NCBI GenBank assembly: GCA_035507575.1
Contig: DATJNY010000023.1
Coordinates: forward strand, 39 to 64,038
Source of the DNA: Thermoplasmata archaeon
GTDB lineage: Archaea; Thermoplasmatota; Thermoplasmata; Lutacidiplasmatales; UBA184
Reading direction: 5' to 3'
DNA length: 64,000 bases
The notes beneath the pieces are model-generated. The model saw only the letters and a list, made by a program, of their open reading frames with translations. It searched no databases and was not told the DNA's origin. Below, piece by piece: positions 36,247 through 45,607 of the stretch (position 1 is the first letter of the stretch; each line of letters begins with the position of its first letter). The position numbers and the translations under genes were made by a program.

Positions 36247-37125
36247 GTGCCGAATGCGGTCGTCGTCGCCTACGGCGCCCGCCTCTTCCTCGCGGAGCCC
36301 GGGGACGGCGCGATACCGGGGTTTCCCGGAAGTCCCGGAGCGATTCCCGCCGCCCTGCTGACCCGGCTTCGGGCCCTCCCGGGCGAGGTCCCCGTGGTGG
36401 CGGCGACGGAGGAGCTCGTGGCGGCGCTCTCGACCCGCCTCGATCGGCCGGTCCGTCTCGCCGCGGCGAGCGAGCTCGCGCGAACGCGCACGCGACTTCC
36501 ACCCCGCCCCGCCGCCGAGGAGCGGGAGGCCCTGCTCGCAGAGGCCCACGCGGCACTCGATCGCGCGCTGCGCACTCCCGAAGAGGTGCTGATCACCCTC
36601 GCGCGCGAGGAGGAGCGCTTGGAGCGGACGGTCGGCCGGGAGGCCCGGGCCGCCGAGTCGTTCCTGGCGGGACCGGACCGCACCCTGGGCGAGTACGTCC
36701 GCGAGTGGGCCGAGCTCCGGAAGGGGCTCGTCAACCACCACGCCGTCCTCACCGAGCGGGTTCGCGCCCAAGCACGTCGGCTCGTCCCAAATCTGAGCAC
36801 CGTCGTCGGCGAGCGGACCGCGGCCCGACTGGTCGCGGAGGCCGGAGGGGTCGGCGCGCTCGCTCGCTTCCGCGGGGCGCGGATCCAACTTCTCGGCTCG
36901 CGACGGAGGCCATCGCCGGACCGCGGCCCGCGCTACGGGCTCCTCTATCGGGCGGACGGGATGGACACGATCCCGCCCGGGCGGCGGGGCGCCTATGCCC
37001 GGAGCCTCGCGGCGCTCGCGGCGATCGCGATCCGGGCCGACGCGACGACCCACGCGTCGATCGCGCCCCAGCTCCTCGTCCGACGGGATCGTCGGCTCGC
37101 CGAGCTCCGCCGGAGGACGCGATGA
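36247..37125 (+). CDS. nop5: Divergent Nop5 (Nop56/58) C/D RNP scaffold
   Basis: PNLSTVVG..AARLVAEAGG..LA...IQLLG, RG..AR.LAA..AIA.RAD; directly upstream of fibrillarin. Confidence 0.8.
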   Translation: MPNAVVVAYGARLFLAEPGDGAIPGFPGSPGAIPAALLTRLRALPGEVPVVAATEELVAALSTRLDRPVRLAAASELARTRTRLPPRPAAEEREALLAEAHAALDRALRTPEEVLITLAREEERLERTVGREARAAESFLAGPDRTLGEYVREWAELRKGLVNHHAVLTERVRAQARRLVPNLSTVVGERTAARLVAEAGGVGALARFRGARIQLLGSRRRPSPDRGPRYGLLYRADGMDTIPPGRRGAYARSLAALAAIAIRADATTHASIAPQLLVRRDRRLAELRRRTR

Positions 37126-37892
37126 GGACCGCGCGGCCGTTCACCCCGGACTCGCGAGCCCCGCGCCTCGCGCGCGCCCTCGCGGGCGATCGCACCGAGT
37201 TGTTCACCGAGGCGGTCGGCGCGCCGCCCCCGGTGTACGGCGAGCGATGGGTCCACGCCGAACGGGCCGACTACCGGGCGTTCGAACCCGGCCGCAGCAA
37301 GCTCGCGGCGGGGATCGTTCGAGGTTGGGCCGGCCCGATCCCCGGGCTGGGGGAGCGATGGCTCTATCTCGGTGCCGCAACGGGGACCACGGCCTCCCAC
37401 GTGGCGGACCTCGTCGGTCCGAACGGCCGGGTCTACGCCGTGGAGCGGAGCCCGCGCCCGTTCGCCCGACTGCTCGCTCTCGCCGAGCGATGGTCTCCGC
37501 TGCTGCCCCTTCTCGCCGACGCGCGCGATCCCCGGACCTACCTCGACCGCGTGCCGATGGTCGATGGCCTGTACGCCGACATCGCCCAACCCGATCAGAT
37601 CGCGATCGTGCGGTCCAATGCGGAGCTGATCCTGGGGGGTGCGGCGCCGTCGATCATCGTGGCCCTGAAGACCGCCAGCATGGGCCGGGACCTCTCTCCC
37701 GCCGACCATCTGGCGGCGGCCGAGCGGGAGCTCGGCCGGGACGTGCGGCTCGTCCCCGCGGTCCGGCTGGATCCGTTCCACAAGGGCCACTTCCTCATCG
37801 GCGGCACGCTCGGGCCCGGGGCCGCGGCGCCCTCGAGCCGTCGTCCGGTCCGGCTCAGCCGCGCGCCGCGCCCCGGGCGACGACGATCGTGA
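37122..37892 (+). CDS. flpA: Fibrillarin-like rRNA/tRNA 2'-O-methyltransferase
   Basis: RSKLAA, YLGAATGTT.SHV.D, YAVE, ADARDP, DIAQPDQ. Confidence 0.9.
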   Translation: MRTARPFTPDSRAPRLARALAGDRTELFTEAVGAPPPVYGERWVHAERADYRAFEPGRSKLAAGIVRGWAGPIPGLGERWLYLGAATGTTASHVADLVGPNGRVYAVERSPRPFARLLALAERWSPLLPLLADARDPRTYLDRVPMVDGLYADIAQPDQIAIVRSNAELILGGAAPSIIVALKTASMGRDLSPADHLAAAERELGRDVRLVPAVRLDPFHKGHFLIGGTLGPGAAAPSSRRPVRLSRAPRPGRRRS

Positions 37893-38970
37893 CGATGTCC
37901 TCGTCGGCGAGGACGTGGTCGCGCCCCACGGTCTGACCCGGGAATCGGGCGCTCTTCCCCCACACCTGGGCCGCCTTGAACGTCCGATCGAGCTCGGCCG
38001 GCAAGCGGGCCAGGAGGCTGTGCACGGTGTCCCCCTCGCGCAGGATCACCGGCTCGTCCATGTCCGGGGGTTGGCCGGGGGGCTTCACGTACACCCGGAT
38101 GAACCGGAGCGCGTGCCCGATCCGATCGACCAGCGCGTCGAGCCCGAGGCGATCCCGGGCGGAGACGAAGATCGGATCGAACGGGCGCTGCTCCAGCACG
38201 ATCCGGGCGCGGTCGGCAGCCGAGAGCTGCTCGCTCTTGTTCACCGTCAGCAGCGCCGCCACGTACACCCGGTTGCCGGCAAGGACGTCGATCAGCTGGT
38301 CCGCGGTCGCGTCCTCGCGGAAGATGATCGAGCCGTTGTGCAGCCCGAACTCCCGGGCGATCTGGGACGCGAGGCCCCCGGCGAGGTGGGTCAGGCGAAC
38401 CGTGCTCGAGACGGTGAGACCGCCGCGATCGGCTCGCGTCACGACGACGCGAGGAGGACGCGTGTTGATGCGGACGCCGGCGCCCTCGAGCTCCGCGACG
38501 AGCGCGCGAAGATTCGAGTGCTCGGGATCGATCATGAAGAGGATCAGATCCACCGAGCGGACGACGGACAGCACCTCCCGCCCGCGCCCCCGACCCCGTG
38601 CTGCGCCGGGGACGAGCCCGGGCATGTCGAGGATCTGGATCGACGCGCCGCCCCAGCGGAGCATCCCCGGAATGATCGAGAGGGTCGTGAAGTCGTAGGC
38701 ACCGGTTTCGCTCTCGGCGGCGGTGAGCCGGTTCAGCAGCGTGGACTTCCCGACGGACGGGTACCCGACGAGCCCGACGGTGGCGTGTCCGCTCTTGCGG
38801 ACCCCGTAGCCGACACCCCCTCCCTTTCCCTTCGCCCGCGTCTCCCGTTCCAGGCGAAGGACCGCGAGCTTGGCCTTGAGGCGGCCAATGTGGCTGCTCG
38901 TGGCCTTGTTGTACGGGGTTCGACGGATCTCGTCCTCGACCTCGGTGATCTGCTCTTCGAGCGACGACAT
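37855..38970 (-). CDS. DRG-family GTP-binding protein
   Basis: HIGRLKAKLA, GYPSVGKST, YDFTT, DMPG, NKSE, C-terminal TGS domain. Confidence 0.93.
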   Translation of the reverse strand: MSSLEEQITEVEDEIRRTPYNKATSSHIGRLKAKLAVLRLERETRAKGKGGGVGYGVRKSGHATVGLVGYPSVGKSTLLNRLTAAESETGAYDFTTLSIIPGMLRWGGASIQILDMPGLVPGAARGRGRGREVLSVVRSVDLILFMIDPEHSNLRALVAELEGAGVRINTRPPRVVVTRADRGGLTVSSTVRLTHLAGGLASQIAREFGLHNGSIIFREDATADQLIDVLAGNRVYVAALLTVNKSEQLSAADRARIVLEQRPFDPIFVSARDRLGLDALVDRIGHALRFIRVYVKPPGQPPDMDEPVILREGDTVHSLLARLPAELDRTFKAAQVWGKSARFPGQTVGRDHVLADEDIVTIVVARGAARG

Positions 38971-39102
38971 CGGGAGGGAGACCTCGAGTCCTCCGAGAGA
39001 GCGGGCCACTTGAGCGTGACGACCGCGCAGCGTTCATCGACCGACGGGGCACGTGCAGGGTAGACACAGCCCCCGGTTCAGTGGGGCGACGGGAGGAGCT
39101 GC

Positions 39103-41415
39103 GTGGAGCGCGAATGGATCTTCCGTCCTCGCGTTGACACCGACCTCCGACCGGCGGAGTGGGAGGCCGAACACGACGCGCTCATCGCGGCCGTTCGCGC
39201 GGCCCATGGGGCCGGGATCCGGTTCGCATTCGAACTCGAGTCGGGCCCGGAGCCGGCGCTCTCGTTGATCGTGCGGGATCCCGCCTCCGCACGGTGGGTC
39301 GAGCGGACGTTCCGCGCCGCGTACGGCGCGCACCAGTGGAGGCCCGTGTCCGCGCGAGCCCGCCCCGCGGCGCGGGAAGCGTGGTACGGACGCCGTCTCC
39401 GGACGTGGCCGACCGGTCTCCGTGGGTCCCGTGACGGGCCGCCGCTTGTCGACCTGGTCGCCCTCGCGTTCGGGACCCTGGGACGCGGGCTGCGGTTCCG
39501 GCTGGACGCGCACCCTCTCGCGCTCCCGGCTCCCCGCGGGTCTCTCCCCGAAGCGCATCGACCCCCGGACGGGGTAGCCCGAGCGCGACGCGGGCCGATG
39601 CGCGACTCCTCCGAGCCCGCGCTGGCGGTACCCGTGCATCTGGGCCCGTGGTGGTCTCTGAGTGCGTCACTCTCCGTGGAGGGTCCCCCCGAGGCCCGGC
39701 GCCGACTGCTGCTCGCCGCGACGACCGTCGCGTCTCTCTCCCGTACCCCGGACGGCAACGGACTCGCATTCCGTTCTCCCACGCGATGGATCGGCGGGCG
39801 GATCCTGGAGTTCCCGGCGACGGAGTCGGAACTTTGCGCCCTGCTCCCAAGTCCCCGATGCCCGGCGGAGGATTCCGGGGACCGCCACCCCGATCTCCGC
39901 CGGTCGATTCCGCTGGGACGCGCGCTCTCCGGGGGCGTGGTGGCACTGCCCATCGAGGCGAGCCAGGGGCGTCACCTCGCGATCCTCGGCGAGACCGGGA
40001 TGGGGAAGAGCTCGTTGCTCGTGGCGCTCGCCCGGCGGATCGTCGCCGGCGCCGGGCTGGTTCTTCTCGATCCCCTGGGCGAAACGGCGCGGGTTCTCCG
40101 GGGGGAACTCCCCCGCGCGGTCGCCGAGCGCGTGGTGTGGATCGCGCCGGGCTCCGGGGAAGGGTTGAACGCCCTCGCCGACGCGGCGCGGCCGACGTCC
40201 GATGGGCACTCGCCGAATCAGCGCGGGCTCACCGACCTGGTCCACGCCCTTCGCCGGGTGCGCGCCGGCCGCTACCGAGACACGGGATTCTGGGGGCCCC
40301 GGCTCGAGGAGATGCTCACTCGTGCCCTCGCGGCCGCCGCGGCCCTCCCCGCCGGCACGCTCGTCGATGCCCATCGGCTCCTGGCGGCCGAGGGGCGAGG
40401 GTTCCGACTGGTGCCCGAGCCCGCCATGGAACCGGTCCGCGAGCTCGCGGAGCGGATCCGCGCCCGGCCGGAGGACGCCGACGGCGCACGCCGTCTCCTC
40501 TACGAGATCGCGCGCGACCCGGTCTTGGTCGAGATGCTCTGCGACGGACGGGAGCGTCGGACGGCGGCGGATCTGGTACGGCCCGGACGGATCGTGCTCA
40601 TCGCCGGGGACGCCGAGGTGGTGGGGGAGTCGACCTCCCGGTACCTCCTCTCGGTGTACCTCGCCCTGATCTGGTCCGGCCTCCTCGCCCGCCCCGATGC
40701 CCCGAAGACATTCGTCGTGCTCGACGAAGCCCAGTGGTTCGCGCACGAGAGCGTCGCAGAGATGCTCCGCCTGGGTCGGCGTCGTAACGTCCACGTCGTG
40801 CTCGCGACCCAAGCGTTGGGGTCGCTTCCGGAACCGGTCGCGGAAGCCGTCTGGACGAACGTGGCCGACTTCGTCGCCTTTCGAGGGGCGCCGGCAGAGG
40901 CCCGGGAACTCGCTCGCGCGACGCGAGCGGTGACGGCCGAGACACTCCTCGCGTTGCCGCGGGGCGAAGCGGTCGTCCTGCTGGGCAAGGGCGAATCGCT
41001 GCACTTCGTGCGGACCGTGCGACTGCCGCGTCCCCCCGACACCCTCCCGACGGCGATCCCCCCGACGCCCCCTCCGATGGCGACGGACCCAGGACACTCC
41101 GTCCCGGTCGAAGCGCCGGAGGTTGAGCCGCCGGACGTCACGGCGCAGGACGTCATCGACGTGATCACGGCGCGGGCCGCGCGGGTGGAAGGGGATGCGC
41201 CCTTCCCGGTATCACTGGCCGACCTGCGAAGCGCGGTCGACCCCGGCGGCCGGGCGGTGCGCGCCGCCGGATCGCTCCTGACGGAACGCGGGGCGATCGT
41301 GCGGGCCGACCGTTCGGTCGACGGAACCCAGTGGTGGATCGACCCGTCGCGGATCTCCGCCGAAACCGCCCCGCGGGGTACCTCGCCCGACACCACGGGT
41401 ACCGACGGAGCATAA
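39103..41415 (+). CDS. HerA/VirB4/TrwB-like AAA+ ATPase with unknown N-terminal domain
   Basis: Walker A GETGMGKS, LLDPLGE, Walker B VVLDEAQ, LRLGRRRNVHVVLATQ; possible winged helix at the C-terminus. Confidence 0.85.
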   Translation: MEREWIFRPRVDTDLRPAEWEAEHDALIAAVRAAHGAGIRFAFELESGPEPALSLIVRDPASARWVERTFRAAYGAHQWRPVSARARPAAREAWYGRRLRTWPTGLRGSRDGPPLVDLVALAFGTLGRGLRFRLDAHPLALPAPRGSLPEAHRPPDGVARARRGPMRDSSEPALAVPVHLGPWWSLSASLSVEGPPEARRRLLLAATTVASLSRTPDGNGLAFRSPTRWIGGRILEFPATESELCALLPSPRCPAEDSGDRHPDLRRSIPLGRALSGGVVALPIEASQGRHLAILGETGMGKSSLLVALARRIVAGAGLVLLDPLGETARVLRGELPRAVAERVVWIAPGSGEGLNALADAARPTSDGHSPNQRGLTDLVHALRRVRAGRYRDTGFWGPRLEEMLTRALAAAAALPAGTLVDAHRLLAAEGRGFRLVPEPAMEPVRELAERIRARPEDADGARRLLYEIARDPVLVEMLCDGRERRTAADLVRPGRIVLIAGDAEVVGESTSRYLLSVYLALIWSGLLARPDAPKTFVVLDEAQWFAHESVAEMLRLGRRRNVHVVLATQALGSLPEPVAEAVWTNVADFVAFRGAPAEARELARATRAVTAETLLALPRGEAVVLLGKGESLHFVRTVRLPRPPDTLPTAIPPTPPPMATDPGHSVPVEAPEVEPPDVTAQDVIDVITARAARVEGDAPFPVSLADLRSAVDPGGRAVRAAGSLLTERGAIVRADRSVDGTQWWIDPSRISAETAPRGTSPDTTGTDGA

Positions 41416-41447
41416 CCCTAAAGGGCTGGGAACGGCTCGATTCCGTG

Positions 41448-42251
41448 ATGGACGTCCCGGCCGAGGCTCCGAGCGCGCCGGCCCCGCCGCGCGCGCTGAT
41501 GGCGCCGGCCACCGTGTTGGCCCGCTGCTCGACGGGCATCGAGGGGCTCGACGACATTCTCGGAGGCGGCATCCCCCGCGGGAACATGGTCCTCGTGTCG
41601 GGGAGCGTCGGGACGGGGAAGACGACCCTCTGCCTCGAATTCCTCGTCCGCGGCGCCGAACGGGGAGAGCGTTCCCTGTTCCTCTCGGTCACCGAGGCGT
41701 CGGATAAGCTCGTCCAGAACCTCTCGACGTTCGAGTTCTTCCGCGCCGATCTGGTGACCAACGGCTCGCTGGTCTTCGTGGATCTCCCGGCGGTGTACGA
41801 CAAGCTCGGGCTCGAGCACGAAGAGATGACGACGGACGAGATCGATATCCTCATCCGTACGATTCGGGACCTCGTTCAGACCCTGGGCGTGAAGCGCCTC
41901 GTGCTGGACAGCCTGACCTCCGTCTGCTACCGGATCCGACGGGACGAGCAGATCCGGGACTTCATGCTCCGGCTCGGCCAGTCGCTGAGCGACCTGGGCT
42001 GCACGTCGCTGCTCGTTTCCGAGATCGGCCCGACGCAGGGCCGCTACTCGATGCACGGAGTCGAAGAGGCGATCGTCGACGGCGTCGTCCTGCTGTGGAA
42101 TACGCGCCGTCAAGGGGACATCCTGCGGGTGCTGCAGATCGTCAAGATGCGGGGCACGGCGCACTCTCGCGCCCAGTACGTCATCGAACTCACGCCGATC
42201 GGCCTCCTGATGGCTCCCCACCTGAAGGGCGGACGGCCGGAAGGAGCGTAG
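41448..42251 (+). CDS. KaiC/RAD55-family ATPase (intact)
   Basis: STGIEGLDDILGGG, SGSVGTGKTT, LVLDSL, VDGVVLL, IVKMRG. Confidence 0.92.
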   Translation: MDVPAEAPSAPAPPRALMAPATVLARCSTGIEGLDDILGGGIPRGNMVLVSGSVGTGKTTLCLEFLVRGAERGERSLFLSVTEASDKLVQNLSTFEFFRADLVTNGSLVFVDLPAVYDKLGLEHEEMTTDEIDILIRTIRDLVQTLGVKRLVLDSLTSVCYRIRRDEQIRDFMLRLGQSLSDLGCTSLLVSEIGPTQGRYSMHGVEEAIVDGVVLLWNTRRQGDILRVLQIVKMRGTAHSRAQYVIELTPIGLLMAPHLKGGRPEGA

Positions 42252-42255
42252 CGCC

Positions 42256-42831
42256 GTGGCGGATATCGGCGAACGACTCAGGGCGCTGCCGGGCGGGAGT
42301 GCGGCCGCCCTCAAGATCGATCCCCGGGAGTACGCCGACCACTACTTCGCGGTCCTGAACGCGACCCTTCGCGACGTGGGCAGTGAGACGAACGCCCACG
42401 TGATCTACATCACCGTCACGAACCCGGCTTCGTTCGTCTGGTCCCTGGCGCAGGCGCTCGACGTCCCGGGGGATCGGATCTCGTTCGTGGACGTGATCAG
42501 CCACATCATGATGAACTACTCGAACCCGCTCCCGAACGCGACGTACATCGAGACGCCGCGCGCCCTCGAGGAGATCATGCTCCGCGTCGATTACCTGCTG
42601 CGGAAATACCCGCATCCTCGGTCGGTGGTCGTCGTCGACAGCGTCAACGCGCTCGCGATCCACAACCCGCGCGAGCTGCTCTCGGAATTCTTCCACATCT
42701 TCCTCACGAACCTGAAGTCGAGGAACGTGCTCACCTTGATCCTCATCACGTCGGACGAGGAGGCCGGGGGCCTCGAGCAGATGCTCGGATTGCTCGTCGA
42801 CGAGACGATCGACGTCGGGCGGGGGCGCTAG
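42256..42831 (+). CDS. Inactive KaiC/RAD55-related protein
   Basis: No Walker A; retains VIYIT, VVVVDSVNAL and LVDETI strands. Confidence 0.75.
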   Translation: MADIGERLRALPGGSAAALKIDPREYADHYFAVLNATLRDVGSETNAHVIYITVTNPASFVWSLAQALDVPGDRISFVDVISHIMMNYSNPLPNATYIETPRALEEIMLRVDYLLRKYPHPRSVVVVDSVNALAIHNPRELLSEFFHIFLTNLKSRNVLTLILITSDEEAGGLEQMLGLLVDETIDVGRGR

Positions 42832-42839
42832 ACCGCACC

Positions 42840-43604
42840 GTGTCCGAAGGCGAAGCGATCTTCGGCATCCCCGAAGTCGACGGGACGCTGTTCGCGGCCC
42901 TTCCGCCCGGATGGCTCGCGCTGCTCTCGGGCCACTCGGGTTCCGGCGCGCCGCTCCTCGCGAAGCAGTTCGCCCACGCCGGGATCGGTCGCGTACCGGT
43001 GTTGTTCTACACCACCTTCGAGCGCACCGAGGACGTGCGCCGGGCGTTCACCACGTTCGGATGGGACCCGACCGAGGTGAAGGTCGTGAATCTCGCGGAC
43101 GAGTACTACGAGCGCGTCTTGCTCCGGGGCCTCGACATCGCGCGCGCTCGGGAGCAGGGTCTCGCGCTCGAGGAGCTCGTGGGGGCCGAACCGCGTGACC
43201 TCGCGCAAAAGTCGTTCAGCCTCACGACGCGAATGCTCTCGGATCTCGCGGGGATGGACCATCCGTTCCGGCTGGTGCTCGACTCGGTGGACTTCTTCTT
43301 CGAGGTCCTGGAGCCCCACGACGTCACCACCGTCGCCCGGCAGATCCGCCACCGCTGCCAGACGATCGGAGGGCAAGCGCTGCTCACGATCCACTCCGTG
43401 GCGCACGACCGCGCCGTCTACGGTCTGCTCCAGGACCTCGCGGATCTCGTCTTCGACTTGCGCGCCGAACCCAAAGGGAAGCGGTACACCCACACGCTCT
43501 ACACCGAGAAGGTCGCGAACCGACCCGAGCTCTGCCGGATCTCGCCGGTCCACGTCAGCGAGGACGGCTGGGTCGTGGGCGCGGGTCCGGACGCCCCGGG
43601 ATAG
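42840..43604 (+). CDS. RAD55-family protein with degenerate Walker A
   Basis: FGIPEVD, GHSGSGAP (GKT replaced by GAP), LVLDS, LADLVFDL. Confidence 0.82.
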   Translation: MSEGEAIFGIPEVDGTLFAALPPGWLALLSGHSGSGAPLLAKQFAHAGIGRVPVLFYTTFERTEDVRRAFTTFGWDPTEVKVVNLADEYYERVLLRGLDIARAREQGLALEELVGAEPRDLAQKSFSLTTRMLSDLAGMDHPFRLVLDSVDFFFEVLEPHDVTTVARQIRHRCQTIGGQALLTIHSVAHDRAVYGLLQDLADLVFDLRAEPKGKRYTHTLYTEKVANRPELCRISPVHVSEDGWVVGAGPDAPG

Positions 43605-43666
43605 CGGCCTACTCCCGCGTTACCGAGGCTTTATCGCCCGCGGTCGGCTTCCTCGGCGGGAACACC

Positions 43667-44452
43667 GTGGACGACGTAGTCATCCGCACGCTGGAGAAGG
43701 TCTCGCTCCGGGACCCGATCCTCGTGGAAGGCCTTCCGGGCGTCGGCAACGTCGGGAAGCTGGCGGCCGACTACCTCCGGGATCAGCTCCCCGCGAAACC
43801 CCTGGCCACGATCTACTCGAAGTTCTTCCCGCCGCAGGTGTACGTCTCCGAGGAGGGCATCATCCGCCTCGTCTCGAACGACCTCGCCTACTGGAAGGCG
43901 CCCGCGGCGGCCCAGCACGACCTCCTGATCCTCGGAGGCGACTACCAGGGGATCAGTCCCGAGGGTCAGTACGAGATCACCGAGCGCGTGCTCGACTATT
44001 GCCACGGCCTCGGCGTGCGCGAAGTGTTCACGCTCGCCGGATTCGCGCAGGGCCGCGTGGTCGAGCAACCCCGCGTCCTGGGCGCCGCGACGAGCCCGTC
44101 CCGCGTGGAGTTGATGAAGAAGTTCTCCGTGGTGTTCTCGCGCAACGACCCCGGCGGTGGACTGATCGGTGCGAGCGGCCTGTTCCTGGGGCTCGGACGC
44201 CTCTTCGGGATGGAAGGGGTCTGCCTCATGGGCGAGACGAGCGGGTACTTCGTGGATCCGCGCAGCGCGGAGGCCGTGCTGAAGGTCCTCGCCCGGGTCC
44301 TCCACCTCGAGCTCGACTTCACGGCGCTCCAGGCGAAGGCGAAGGAGATCGACCGCATCGCGCAGAAGATCCACGACGCGGAGCAGCACTCCGGCGAGCC
44401 GGGCACCTCGGGCGGGCCGCCGCCGCGCGATGACCTCGGGTACATCGGCTGA
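43667..44452 (+). CDS. Proteasome assembly chaperone, PAC2 family
   Basis: LVEGLPGVGNVGKLAADYL, FPPQV, GASGL, MGETSG...DP.SA. Confidence 0.9.
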   Translation: MDDVVIRTLEKVSLRDPILVEGLPGVGNVGKLAADYLRDQLPAKPLATIYSKFFPPQVYVSEEGIIRLVSNDLAYWKAPAAAQHDLLILGGDYQGISPEGQYEITERVLDYCHGLGVREVFTLAGFAQGRVVEQPRVLGAATSPSRVELMKKFSVVFSRNDPGGGLIGASGLFLGLGRLFGMEGVCLMGETSGYFVDPRSAEAVLKVLARVLHLELDFTALQAKAKEIDRIAQKIHDAEQHSGEPGTSGGPPPRDDLGYIG

Positions 44453-44476
44453 CCCGCCCGCGCCCGAAGTCGAACG

Positions 44477-45607
44477 ATGGCGCACGCGCCTCCTCCTCTC
44501 GACCCGGCCGCCCTCGCGCGGTCCCGGGCCCTCCTGGACCGGCTCCGCCGCGCGGCCGCGTCCGACGGCTTCCTCCCGTTCGATCGGTACATGGAGATCG
44601 TGCTCTACGCCCACGAGATCGGGTACTACGATCGACCGCACTCTCCGCTCGGAAGCGGCGGCGACTTCTACACGGCCGCCCACGTCGACCCCCTCTTCGC
44701 CGAGACGCTCGCGCTGCGCCTCCGCGCGTACCGGCGCGCCGCGGCGACCTCGGGTCCGTGGTCGATCGTGGAGCTCGGGCCGGGGGACGGAACGCTCGCG
44801 GCCGGGATCGCGCGCACGTTCGTCGGGGATCCGCGGGGACCGGAGTACGTACTCATCGACCGCTCCAGCGCGCGGGCTCGCGAGGCGGAGGACCGCGTCC
44901 GGGCGGCCGCCCCCGGAGTGGTGGTGCGCCGCGCGGAATCGGTCTCGGCGCTCGGACCGTTCGTCGGCGCCGTCGTCGCGAACGAGGTGCTCGATGCCCA
45001 ACCGGCCCGTCGCCTCCGCGCCGCGCACGGGGGCTGGGAGGAGCTCGGCGTTCGGGTCACGGACGAAGGAGTCTCGGAAGCGGTCGACGGACCGGCCCGA
45101 CCGGTCCCCGGAGCCCCACTCCCCGACCCGGTCGACGACGGCGAGGTGGTAGAGGTCAGCCCCCTCGCCGAGGGGATCGTCCGCGAGGTCGCCGACCATC
45201 TCGTCGACGGCCCCGCGATCTTCCTGGACTTCGGGCTGGAGCAATCGGAGCTCCTTTCGACCCATCCTCACGGAACCGCCGCCGCGGTCCGGGACCATCG
45301 GTTCCTGCCCGATCCGTATCCGGTCCCGGGAAGCTCGGACCTCTCCGTCTTCGTGAACTTCACGCGGATCCGTGCCGCCGCGCGGGCGGGCGGACTCGCG
45401 GAGGTCGCCTATCGTTCGCAGGCGGAGGCGCTGGGCGCGTGGGGGTTCGAAGCCCTCCGCGCGGAGGCGTTGCGCGCCGCGCCGAACGCGGAGGCGCGGG
45501 TGCGCCGACAGCTCGCGATGAAGAACCTCCTGTTCGGATTCGAGCGCTTCCGGGCCCTCGAGGTCGCGCCGCCCTCGACGGCGGCGCGGCTCGCGTCGGT
45601 TACGTGA
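44477..45607 (+). CDS. SAM-dependent methyltransferase, MidA/NDUFAF7 family
   Basis: PFDRYME.VLY...GYY, GDFYTA, VELGPGDG.LA, ANEVLDA.P, LDFG, DLSVFVNF. Confidence 0.85.
   Translation: MAHAPPPLDPAALARSRALLDRLRRAAASDGFLPFDRYMEIVLYAHEIGYYDRPHSPLGSGGDFYTAAHVDPLFAETLALRLRAYRRAAATSGPWSIVELGPGDGTLAAGIARTFVGDPRGPEYVLIDRSSARAREAEDRVRAAAPGVVVRRAESVSALGPFVGAVVANEVLDAQPARRLRAAHGGWEELGVRVTDEGVSEAVDGPARPVPGAPLPDPVDDGEVVEVSPLAEGIVREVADHLVDGPAIFLDFGLEQSELLSTHPHGTAAAVRDHRFLPDPYPVPGSSDLSVFVNFTRIRAAARAGGLAEVAYRSQAEALGAWGFEALRAEALRAAPNAEARVRRQLAMKNLLFGFERFRALEVAPPSTAARLASVT

Noticed and set aside
34705-37053. 782-aa minus-strand and 860-aa plus-strand alternative ORFs
   Set aside because: Shadows of purF and nop5; only the fibrillarin part (from 37122) of the 35310 ORF is real.
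39103-43604. Conjugative element or circadian clock
   Set aside because: No relaxase, VirB6-like channel, integrase or att sites, and no kaiA/kaiB; the flanking genes are housekeeping.
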